Part shown: piece after piece, positions 24,970-34,990 of the stretch | How positions within the stretch are numbered: position 1 is the stretch's first letter | How the letters are laid out: every line of letters starts with the position of its first letter | The notes under the pieces: model-generated | The model's input: only the letters and a program-made list of their open reading frames with translations | The model's database searches: none | What the model was told of the DNA's origin: nothing | DNA from: Okamejei kenojei | Lineage: Eukaryota | NCBI GenBank assembly: GCA_035221665.1 | Contig: CM069163.1 | Span: 22,506,001-22,570,000 of the forward strand | Reading direction: 5' to 3' | DNA: 64,000 bases | Position numbers and translations under genes: made by a program

Positions 24970-25679
24970 CTACAGGGGGAAATATGAAATGCAAAACATT
25001 AGTTATTTTAGTGATTGAAAAACCCCTGTCCATGGCATTTAATCACACAAATAAAATAACATTTTAGCATAAGCTAAAAAGGAAAGGCATTGGACAAACT
25101 GCAAGGAACTGTACAAGCACAAAGGGACTGAGTGCATCCTTCAGGTACAAATTTATTGAATCTTCCATAATTATTGCCTGTCAAGACATTTATATTTTCC
25201 CGGACCATAGAACGGCATTATGGGGTTTATAAGAGTAATGAGGTGATCTATTTGCCAATAAAATTATAAACACTTGGAATTTGTGAATTGAAAAAACTTT
25301 TGTGATATAAGGGTAAAGGAAAATCTCATTCTTTCAATGGTCTCATCTCACCTCACTTTTCTCTCCAATATATTTGCCGCTGGAATTAAGCTGTCCACGT
25401 GGGAAACTGTTGAACATTCTTCACTTCCATTGCAAAACCAGGACCAATCCAATGCAGTCATAAGCTGCTGACAATGCTTGCATTAATGTACACTCAGAAA
25501 CCGCGCTGTAAACCATCAGAAAGTCTTTCAATATATAAGAGGATCATTAAAGTAAGTATTTAAATGACAAAGGCACCAACTTCCCCCCTGCCACGCAGCA
25601 CTACTCCACGACAACCAAGGTCCAGGATGACATCTTGGTCACCTTGCATTACTTCCCATATATTGGGAGCCACAGCTTT

Positions 25680-25950
25680 GCACGAGGTGGCACAGTGGTA
25701 GATACGGGTTTGATCCTGACTACAGTTGCTGCCTGTTTGGAGTTTGTAAGTTCTGCTATGATCATGTCGGTTTTCCCTGGGTGTTCTGGTTTCTTCCCAC
25801 ATTCTGAAGTCATGCAGGTTTGTAGGTCAACTGGTAAGTAGTAACATTCTCCCTAATGTGGAGGATAGTGTTAGTGTAAGGGGTGATCGCCGGTCGGCAC
25901 AGACTCGGTGGGCTGAAGGGCCTATTTCCGCACTGTATCTCTAAAATCTA
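25680..25950 (+). mobile_element. HE1-like V-SINE
   Basis: GGTGGCACAGTGGTAGA head, V-domain core, GAAGGGCCTATTTCCGCACTGTATCTCTAAA tail. Confidence 0.8.
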
Positions 25951-25959
25951 AAGAGATCA

Positions 25960-26570
25960 GGTCAATTTTCAAGGACAATCTGTAACAAAATTCGCCAATA
26001 CCCGGGTGAAACCAGGTGCCATGCAAGATCGAAGACTAAAACCGAGTATGAACAATAAACAAAGTCACCTCAAAGCACTGGAGAAATACCACCAATGTAG
26101 CTCGACAAAAATCGTCCAAAGCCATGGAACGATACACGTACCAATATCCAAATCCTCTCCAGCAACACAAGCTTGAGGATTTGATCATTCTCAACTAGCT
26201 TCGTAAAGAGGGCCATATCATCTGTACACCTAAAGTTTTCCTCTAAAACAAGCACTATCACATCAAGAAAATCCCAGAACCCTGGAAAAGTGCTTCAAGG
26301 ATGTTGTCAAAGCCTCGGAAGAAATATAACATTCTCAATTACATGCGGGAATCCTTGGCCCAAGATTGCTCAACCCGGCAGATAATCACAAGGGAAGCAT
26401 CAAAGTCTCTCCAATGGAAGCACACAGAGCTCAGGAAGAAACACCTGAAGCAGTGCATAATATGCCAAACAACCTATTAACCAGCTATCTGTGAAGGAAT
26501 CTGCAAGATTCATTAGTTGCCCCAGAACTACAGTGGAGGCAAATCATTCTTGTTCCTTAAAGACTACCAA
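25960..26570 (+). mobile_element. Degenerate RTE-type LINE 3' remnant
   Basis: Residual HLKALEKYHQCS-like peptide and an RTE-like C-terminal layout; heavily decayed. Confidence 0.45.
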
Positions 26571-26689
26571 GAGGAAAACTTTGAAATGTCACTTCACCTA
26601 ATCCTACATACAATATTTGGGAATCAAGAGTGGTTCATTCTTTTTGTGTGTATGGTTTGCTTAAATCTTTCCTCAATAGTACACACACA

Positions 26690-26980
26690 CACGGTGACAC
26701 ATCTGGTAGAGTTGCTGGCTTTCAGTGCCAGAGACCCGGGCTCTATTGTGATCTCGGGTGCTGGCTCTGTGGCGTTTGCATGGTTTCCCTGTGACTACAT
26801 GGGTTTCCTCCAGATGCACATCCCACATCCCAAAGACATGCTGGTTTGTCGGTTAATTGGCCTTTGTAAATTGCCCCTAGTACATATGGAGTGGATGAGA
26901 AACTTTCTCAGAGAAAGCACAATAACAGACTCAGCGAGCCCAAGGGCCTGGTTCCATGCTGTATGTTTCAATTCAATACA
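26690..26980 (+). mobile_element. HE1-like V-SINE
   Basis: GGTAGAGTTGCTGG...CAGAGACCCGGG head; CCCACATCCCAAAGAC core. Confidence 0.78.
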
Positions 26981-27006
26981 TAGAAATGTATAAGTTAAGT
27001 TCTTAC

Positions 27007-27108
27007 CTTGTGTGAAGTGGCTTGACACATATCAGCTTGTTCACTCTTTCCACAGCCCCAGCAACTGATGCAATGAGCTTTTCATCTTCCATGTAGGTAC
27101 CATGGCCT
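27007..27108 (-). CDS. EXOSC2: EXOSC2 exon 2: GHGTYMEDEKLIASVAGAVERVNKLICVKPLHTR
   Basis: ttttctag acceptor, AG|gtaaga donor; 102 nt. Confidence 0.96.
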
Positions 27109-28029
27109 CTAGAAAAAAATGGATGAAAATTTGCACAGGATCATAAACGGAAAAGAGTTGTTTCAGCATCAATGTAGTCTCTTGTTCCTGTGTTCTTGAA
27201 GATTCAAAGATGAAGGCGCAAGAAACCGATTTAAAAACTCAAAAGTAAAAATCAAGAGAAGCTTTGGAAATGGAAATTGTGCTCATCTCTTCGGACAATT
27301 TTACTAGTTACAAAAACATTGGCAATTGAAAGAATCTTTTGCTTTTGGAAGGGTTTGAAGCAGGATCCCAACCCAAAATGCTGTAATTCCCAATGCTGCC
27401 TCCCCCAATTGCTGCCTGAGACCCCTTCTTCAATGGAGTTCCTCAAGCAATAAGCATTGTTTAGAAGCCAGGGCCCAGAGGGCTCAGTTTCAGGTCAGAC
27501 TATGCTTTCCAGCATGGTTCGTTAATAATTTTGAAGTGCACCGGGAGGTTTGGTTAACCGATGGCAAGCGATCGCCAAGCTAATTTAAAAGCGGATGCAG
27601 TAGATGAGCTTACACCTGGAAATGTAGCAATGTTGCAGAAAAGTGCCCGGGGACCAGGTTGGATGAGTATAGGAATAATGACAAATTTGAACCCTGGTGA
27701 GCCTCAGTGGGGGATCCCTTCAAATGCATTTGTTGAGTGAAAACCCTCATCCTGTATAACGGAGGAATGGGATAGGTTATTCAGTAAAATGTCGGTCAGA
27801 GAGTTAACAGGAGGTTTTTATTTATATAAGGTTGGTGGTGATATGAATGAAGTCAGTCTAGAGGAGGTAGAGGTCGGGGGAGAAGAATTGACAAAGAGAA
27901 TAACGTGACAAGGAAAAGGAGGGCATAATAAACTGTGTCGGATACAATGGGGAGGGATCCGTTTAAGTCCCAAATGAAAACTGTGCACCTGGGACTAACC
28001 CTGGTTTTATAAATTCAATCGATAGGTCT

Positions 28030-28545
28030 TGAAAATTCCCCTCCCCAGGAACCAGGGTGCAACACTGCCCTCGCTCCCATTCCCACTCGCAAAACTTCCT
28101 CAACATATAGTCCTCCGCCAGTTTCGCCACCTCCAACGAACCCCTCCACCCGCCCATTTTCTCTCCCCCCCTGTCTGCCTTCCGCAGACCGAACTAACCC
28201 CTTCCCCCCGGATGGGGCTATTCTAGTACGACCTCCTCCCCAACCTCATCTACTGCATCCTTGTCTGATTTATCGTCCACTTTTTCTGCGGTTGATGACC
28301 TCTCGGTCCTGGGCCTCCTCTCGGCCAGAAGCAAGCTGGAGGAACAAATCCTTTGAATATTGAATTGTAACATCCCCTGGGCAATCTCTATCTCTCACAC
28401 CCTAGTCGCACTAGATGCTTGTTGGTAAACATCAGTGGGTCTGAAGAAGGTCTCGACCGAAACGTCGCCCTTCGTCCTTAGATGCCCTGAGTTTCTCCAG
28501 TATGTGTACCCTGATTCCTGATCTGCAGTTCCTTCTTTAAAAAAA
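28030..28545 (+). mobile_element. Deleted/degenerate Penelope-like element relic ending in a hammerhead-bearing terminal repeat
   Basis: Residual PLE peptides (ILRQFRHLQR, NLIYCI, KLEEQ); the terminal repeat starts GGGTCTGAAGAAGGTCTCGACCGAAACGTCGCCC. Confidence 0.6.
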
Positions 28546-29009
28546 GAGTTCCTCCAACTTGTTTAGCCAGCAGGTCCCTTGCTTTTCATGGTTCGTTAGG
28601 CAAGATCATAATTTAAAAATGTACTCACCTAATGTGTCATTCGTGATTTATAAACCACAGAGGACAGCGATAAGGTGACAGTTCCTTCCGTTTAAGTCCC
28701 AATGAAATACTGTGCACATTGGTAACAAAAAATTAGGAACAGGACAAGGATCTAATTCTAGCTATTTTTGTCTGCTGGAGAAGGTGCACAGAATACGCAT
28801 ATGTTGGAGTAACAAACTCTCATTCGATTTATAAAACCAGTCGCAGTGTCAGTGTGTCAGTGTGACCAGTTTAGCACCAAATGAAAACGGTCCAAACCCC
28901 ATCATGCAAAGTTGTGAAGAAAGCTACATGAGTGTAAACACGTGCACTGGAACAGGCATCGCCCTGCAATCACGCGAGTCCCTCGAGGCTAGAATTTGAT
29001 TTGTTTTAC

Positions 29010-29125
29010 CTCATAAAACCCGTATCGGTCGTGATCGTATCTCCCGGTGATACCAGATGTTTGTTGACCTCGGCCGGTAAAGTGGCGCGCTTTCGGGCCG
29101 TCGCTAACCGAATGTCCACCGCCAT
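29010..29125 (-). CDS. EXOSC2: EXOSC2 exon 1: [39 protein letters not shown]
   Basis: AAGATGGCG start context, AG|gtaaaa donor; CpG-rich. Confidence 0.95.
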
Positions 29126-29650
29126 CTTTGTCACTGGCAGTTTGCGGGCGGCCAGTATAAATTGCGGTTCGCCATTTTTGATGTGGGCCAATCACACGCC
29201 TTCCAAATACGTTAACATTTATTCCCGAGTTTACAGATCTGAAATAAACAACGACAAAAAAAAACGAATAGGCTGAGAATAGAAATCTGACGTAAAAATA
29301 TTTTTTTGGAAAAATTCAGAATGAGTAGCATCGGTGGAAAAAGAAACAAAGTTAACGTTTAAAATCAAAATAACAAAGTCTCGGAGTAAATAAACAGATC
29401 AGGCTGCAACTGTGGTGAACATAGATATAAGAAGTTTCAGGTCGAGATCTTAAATCGTCAGATTATGTAAACAAAGAAAACTTGAAATCAAGTTAGTTAC
29501 TAAGAAGGATTCCAACACGAAGCGTGTCATGATGTACATGTTTTCCAAGGATGTTGCCTGACCCGCTGAGTTACTCCAGCATTTTGTGTCTTTCTTTGAT
29601 ATAAATCGGTATCTGCATTTCCTTATTATTACTTATTGAACAGTCGGGAG

Positions 29651-29662
29651 CAAAGATCTTTG
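29651..29662. mobile_element. 12-bp palindromic micro-insertion CAAAGATCTTTG with 8-bp TSD GTCGGGAG
   Basis: Direct repeats at 29643-29650 and 29663-29670. Confidence 0.7.
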
Positions 29663-30134
29663 GTCGGGAGCATGTGGTTTGCCAGTATGCTCTGGAGCAG
29701 CGTGTGCCCGCCATCTTTAATGCGGGCAGAGCAGCCTCAATTACTGACTACTACTGCTCGGGACTACTTTCGCCATATCTTTTACTGGCAAACGCTGCGC
29801 TGCTCGTCTTTTGCTACTCGATATCTTTATGATGTCGAACAATCTCACCAGTCTTTACGTTTTCTTTACGCGATCCGGCTTCTTTGGCGTCAGCTGCCAT
29901 GTTTATGATTGTGAGAACAATTAGTTTTAATTTGGGCGACCGACTATCGGTTTTCATAACTAATCATTACTCACAGTCGTTTATAAATTACATCGGTTGG
30001 CACTTCCAGGTACCAGTTGAGATCGTTCACAGGAATATAGTTACAACCATGTTAGTTAAGGTTAAATCTCTAATAAAACCGGGGAATCGCTGTCAAATGT
30101 TGTGACTGAAAATGGTGCTCACCGCCATCTTAAG

Positions 30135-30159
30135 CAAAGATCCTAGAGGAGTATCTTTG
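30135..30159. mobile_element. 25-bp micro-MITE CAAAGAT-cctagaggagt-ATCTTTG with 8-bp TSD ATCTTAAG
   Basis: 7-bp TIRs identical to the 29651 element; direct repeats at 30127-30134 and 30160-30167. Confidence 0.75.
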
Positions 30160-30304
30160 ATCTTAAGTTGTGTTCATATGCAATATTTTAGAGATTCATC
30201 ATAGAAACAAACCTGAGGGATCCCAACCTGAAATGTCATCTGCACATTCCTCAACAGACGCTGACTGACCCGCTAAGCTCCTCCAGCACATTGTGTGTTT
30301 CTCA

Positions 30305-30570
30305 TGGAAACAGGCCGTTCAGCCCACCGAGTTCACACCGTACATTGATCACCCGTTCACACTAGTATGTTATCCGACTTTCTGGTCTCCTTACGCTCCA
30401 GGGGTAATGTTGCAGAGGCCAATTAACTTACAAACCTGCGTATATCTGGCATATTGGAGGAAGCCAGAGCACCCAGAGGAAATCCCCATGGTCACAGGGA
30501 GAAACTCCACACAGACAGCACCCAAGGTGCATTGAGACATCTCTTCCAGCTGCGCCATTGTGTCGCCCCT
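30305..30570 (-). mobile_element. HE1-like V-SINE
   Basis: Same reverse-complement layout as the other copies. Confidence 0.75.
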
Positions 30571-31029
30571 CCCCGTAACTGCCACCAAAGGGAACAAGGC
30601 AAAATCATCCCATTAATACCGTTAGCCTGTTCTCCAAATGTGACATGCTCATTCTTATGCCAGAGTCCATGAAGTGTCATGTATTTACCATTTTCCACAT
30701 TCATGTTTAAGCAGATGGGTTTCGGGAACATGAGCTATGAACAGGAACATGCTCAAGGATGTGACATTTAGAACATAGTGTGGAAAAATTGTGGTTGTCC
30801 ATTTTGATAGAAAACCAATAAGGTAAAGTTTATTTAAATGGTGAGAAGCTGAAAAGTGTCAATGTTCAGAGGAACCCGTGTATCATTGTAAACAAATCAC
30901 TGAAAGTGTATACAGAGTTACAGCAAGCAATCTTACCACAACAGGATTTGAATAGAAGAGTCGAGATATCCTTCTCCACCAATGTGAGATGGCACCAAGA
31001 ACATTGTGCACAGGTACAAACACCTCAAT

Positions 31030-31465
31030 AGATGGAATGCAGCAAACATTCTGCTCTTTCGTCAAAATTCCAATTGACACTCAAATTCAATTGGAACATT
31101 ACTGATAATTCTGTCTCTGTTCTTGATCTCTCTGTTTTCATCTCAAGAGAAAAACTATTCATGGGCATTTACTGCAAACCCACCAACTTCTATAGCTATT
31201 CAGACTACACCTCCTCCCATCTCTTTATTCTTTAATGCTTTTTTATCTCCATTCCTCTCTCCACTATCTGATTCCATCCACTTCTCTTCATCTTAATCTA
31301 CTTATCACATGCCAGTTCTTACCCTATTCCCTCACCTCTTTATACTACCTATTACCGCTCCATTCTTTGAGTCCAAAGGAAAGGTCTCGACCCAAAGCAT
31401 CATCTGTCCATTTCCCTCCACAGATGTCTCTCTGAGTTCTTCCAGAAATTTTGTGTTTTGTAGCA
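31030..31465 (+). mobile_element. Degenerate PLE relic (RT C-terminal fragment plus terminal repeat)
   Basis: LKFNWNITDNSVSVLDLSV...IYCKPTNFYSYSDYTSSH is a typical PLE RT-thumb peptide; followed by aaggtctcgacccaaa. Confidence 0.6.
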
Positions 31466-32099
31466 TAGATTCACCAGCTTGACTCAGCTTGGCAGATTTG
31501 TGGTATGGGGAGAGATCGAGCAGTTCGGGCTGCATTCTCAAGTTTGTAGAACCAGAGCTGATCTACTAAGAAACACAAAATTCATATTGGACTGGAAGAC
31601 AGGTAACCCCTTACGTATGACAATGTCACTCCAGGAAAAAGACTGTGAAATCTACTTTATCCGTGCTTCTCTTAAATGTATATACTTTTATCAGGTCGCC
31701 CCAGTGAAAACAACTTGTCTAACCTGTCCTTATAGCCAGAAAAACACAAAATGCTGGAGATGTCCTCCAGACGTGCTACCTGACCCGCTGAGTTATTCCA
31801 GCACTTTGTTTTTTTTGGTAAACCAGCATCTACAGTTCCCTGATACTTATACACACTCCAATCGGGCAATCTCTTGTGTCTCCATTTATTTTTGTGTTGT
31901 CAGAATATTTACTAATCAGACTACCTAAGTATTGTATCAGCAATTTTGGGGTGTTCAAACGGAGTAACATTTGAAATCTCAGCCACTGCCAGACTTTGAT
32001 GATAGTGCAGACAGATACAAAATGCTGGCATAACTCAGCGGGACAGGCTTCATCTCTGGAGAGCAGGAATGGGTGACGTTTCGGGTCGAGACTCTGCTT

Positions 32100-32340
32100 C
32101 AAATATCGCCATTTTTATTGCTGGCAGCATCAGCGTGTAAAGCGCCATGTTTCTTATTGGCAGAAGCAGCCCGGAGTTACAACCTGCAGGCCGCCAGGAG
32201 CGCTGCGGCAGAAGTTTTGGTCGCGAAGGTCTTTCCTTTTCCGTCGCAAACGGAGCGGTCAGAGGTGGCGAGGGTCGACTTTCTCCGCGGGAACAGCGCT
32301 ATAATCATCATTATTATTAATAATAAAGGATTTGGTTAGC
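32100..32340 (+). promoter_or_regulatory. CIZ1 promoter / 5' UTR region (CpG-rich)
   Basis: CpG-dense stretch directly upstream of ATGATG at 32341; YY1-type motifs at 32107 and 32143; ATTGG at 32156. Confidence 0.6.
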
Positions 32341-32465
32341 ATGATGTTCCCTCAGCAGCAGCAACATTTACAACAGCAACTGCTTCAGCTACAGCAGCTC
32401 ATTCATCAGCAGCGGCAACAGCACCATCGCCATCCACACCCGCCACTACAGACAGGCCCTAACCG
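32341..32465 (+). CDS. CIZ1: CIZ1 first coding exon: MMFPQQQQHLQQQLLQLQQLIHQQRQQHHRHPHPPLQTGPNR
   Basis: ATG in a CpG-rich region, CG|gtaagt donor (phase 2). Confidence 0.92.
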
Positions 32466-33725
32466 GTAAGTCCTTTAATGAAGGCAGACTGAGAAGCTGG
32501 AACAGAGTTGTTCAAAAGTTTTTCGTTTGAACATTCTGTAGGAAACCAAACTCTAATTATAGTGTCACTGAAATAATCGATGCAGTAACCTATATTTGTC
32601 TTTTTGACACTGAATAAGCTGTTGGTTCGGTTCGATTTAGAATTAAAATTTAAACACAAACGCCTGCGGAATTGTGATCGGAAACGGGATCTGCGTCTAA
32701 CCACGTTCAAGACTGTCTATTGAGTGAGTGGCCAGCGTACAGTTAATTCAGGATTTATTTGGTGCTAATATACAACTCTGAACACATACTCAAACAAATG
32801 ACTTAATCAACTGTCGTTACTGTTAATGAGATCTTCTTGTGTGCACATTCGTTGCCATGTTTCCGAGATTGCGCCGTTTCCACCCTTCAAAGGTACTTAC
32901 TATCATAAAATACTTTGGGAGATCCAGAGGTTGTGAGAAATGCTCAAGCAAATGCTACTTATGTACATTCTAAAGTAAGGCTGGAACTTTAGATATGCTA
33001 AATGACCTGCATGGGATGCCACCATCTCTGTCAATGCTAAAACAAACACATATAATATTTCAAACGATCTCAATGAAGCAAATGGAAAACATGGTATCTG
33101 TTGTTATATTGCCATAGAAAACAAGTATAGATATGTCATTTTTAGGAAAAAAGTTTATTCCTTTTCCAGAGTCACCTCAACCCAGCTAAGATCTGTGAAA
33201 AGAAGTGAGGCATCAATAGTGATCCTCTCCCCACTAACCAGGTTTTATCCTGTGATGGCCGTTTCCACTAGGCCCACAAGCGGACTTAAAAAAACAACTT
33301 GCACTCAATTTCATCATCATATGACAAAATGTTAGGAGCAGTGGAGGACACAGAAGGTGCATTTGATTCTAATTTCCAACATAATTTGAAGCAGTTATCT
33401 TTCAGGCTATTTAAAAGAAGTTTTATGAGTTGGTAAATTCTGGGAACAATATTGACCATAAACCAGGCAAGCTAATTAGCATTTGCAGAAGATGAGTGCA
33501 GGTCAATTGTTTTAGGTATATGGTGCAAATATACTTTAAAGCTCTGATTTGAAACTGGGTCAGACAACATTACTCCTGTCCATTTCTACACCGGTTTTAA
33601 CATCCTGGGAAAGTGACGTTACTTTGTTTCAATGTTGTACAGGGCAGACAGGTAATTCTGAGTAACAGAGTTGGTCTTCGTGGCTTGATCTCAAGATGTA
33701 AGTGGTTTATTCAAGTGCATGTAGG

Positions 33726-34990
33726 GAAATGGATAGCAGTAACAGTATCGGTCCGAGTCAGCATGGATTTACGAAGGGGAAATCATGATTGACTAATCTT
33801 CTGGAATTTTTTGAAGATGTAACTAGGAAAATGGACAAGGGAGAGCCAGTGGATGTAGTGTACCTGCACTTTCAGAAAGCATTTGATAAGGTCCCATATA
33901 GGAGATTATTGGGCAAAATTAGGGCACATGGTATTGGGGTTAGAGTGCTGACATGGATAGAAAAGTGGTTGGCAGGCAGGAAACAAAGAGTAGGGATTAA
34001 CGGGTCCCTTTCAGTGACTAGTGGGGTGCCGCAAGGCTCGGTGCTGGGACCGCAGCTATTTACAATATACATCAATGATTTGGATGAAGGGATTCAAAGT
34101 AACATTAGCAAATTTGCAGATGACACAAAGCTGGGTGGCAGTGTGAACTGTGAGGAGGATGCTATGAGAATGCAGGGTGACTTGGACAGGTTGGGGGAAT
34201 GGGCAGATGCATGGCAGATGAAGTTTAATGCGGATAAATGTGAGGTTATCCACTTTGGTAGCAAAAACAGGAAGGCAAATTACTATCTAAATGGCGTCGT
34301 TGGGAAAATGGGAAGTACAAAGGGATCTGGGCGTCCTTGTACATCAGTCTATGAAAGTAAGCATGCAGGTACAGCAGGCAGTGAAGAAAGCGAATAGCAT
34401 GTTGGCCTTTGTAACAAGAGGAATCGAATGTAGGAGCAAAGAGGTCCTTCTGCAGTTGTACAGAGCCCTGGAGTATTGTGTGCAGTTTTGGTCCCCTAAT
34501 TTGAGGAAGGACATTCTTGCTATTGAGGGAGTGCAGCGTAGGTTGACAAGGTTAATTCCCGGGGTGGCGGGACTCATATGCTGAGAGAATGGAGCAGCTG
34601 GGCTTGTACAAGGAGTTTAGAAGGATGAGAGGAGATCTCATTGAAACATATAGGATTGTTAAGGGCTTGGACACACTAGAGGCAGGAAACATGTTCCCAA
34701 TGTTGGGGGAGTCCAGAACCAGGAGCCACAGTTTAAGAATAAGGAGTAAGCCATTTAGAACGGAGACGAGGAAACACTTTTTCTCACAGAGAGTGGTGAG
34801 TCTGTGGAATTCTCTGCCTCAGAGGGTGGTGGAGGCAGGTTCTCTGGATGCTTTCAAGAGAGCTAGATAGGGCTCTTAATGGGGATATGGGGAGAAGACA
34901 GGAACGGGGTACTGATTGGGGATGATCGCATTGAATGGCGGTGCTGGCTCGAAGGGCCAAATGGCCTACTCTTGCACCTATTGTCTATTG
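33726..34990 (+). mobile_element. Young 5'-truncated CR1 LINE (RT domain to 3' UTR)
   Basis: ORF 33789..34397 with DVVYL.FQKAFDKV, GVPQGSVLGP and KFADDTKL; frameshifted continuation to QRVVSLWNSLP. Confidence 0.95.

Larger units (their letters stand above)
19995..29125 (-). other. EXOSC2: EXOSC2 (RRP4, exosome cap subunit) gene span; complete CDS, 9 exons, 873 nt, 290 aa
   Basis: Exons join in frame from ATG at 29125 to TAA at 19995. Peptides [58 protein letters not shown] and ILGNNGYIWI match RRP4. Confidence 0.97.
29119..30170 (-). promoter_or_regulatory. CpG-rich EXOSC2 promoter / upstream region with clustered YY1-type motifs and a CCAAT box
   Basis: CGCCATNTT-type motifs at 29119, 29170, 29708 and 30122 (weaker at 29771 and 29895); CCAAT at 29188; raised CpG density. 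Confidence 0.6.

Noticed and set aside
29640-29900. Possible snRNA/snoRNA gene in the CpG-rich patch
   Set aside because: No match to recalled U-snRNA sequences and no convincing C/D or H/ACA box arrangement.
33789-34870. Possible intact or domesticated reverse transcriptase gene
   Set aside because: 5'-truncated, frameshifted and with in-frame stops; an ordinary dead CR1 copy.
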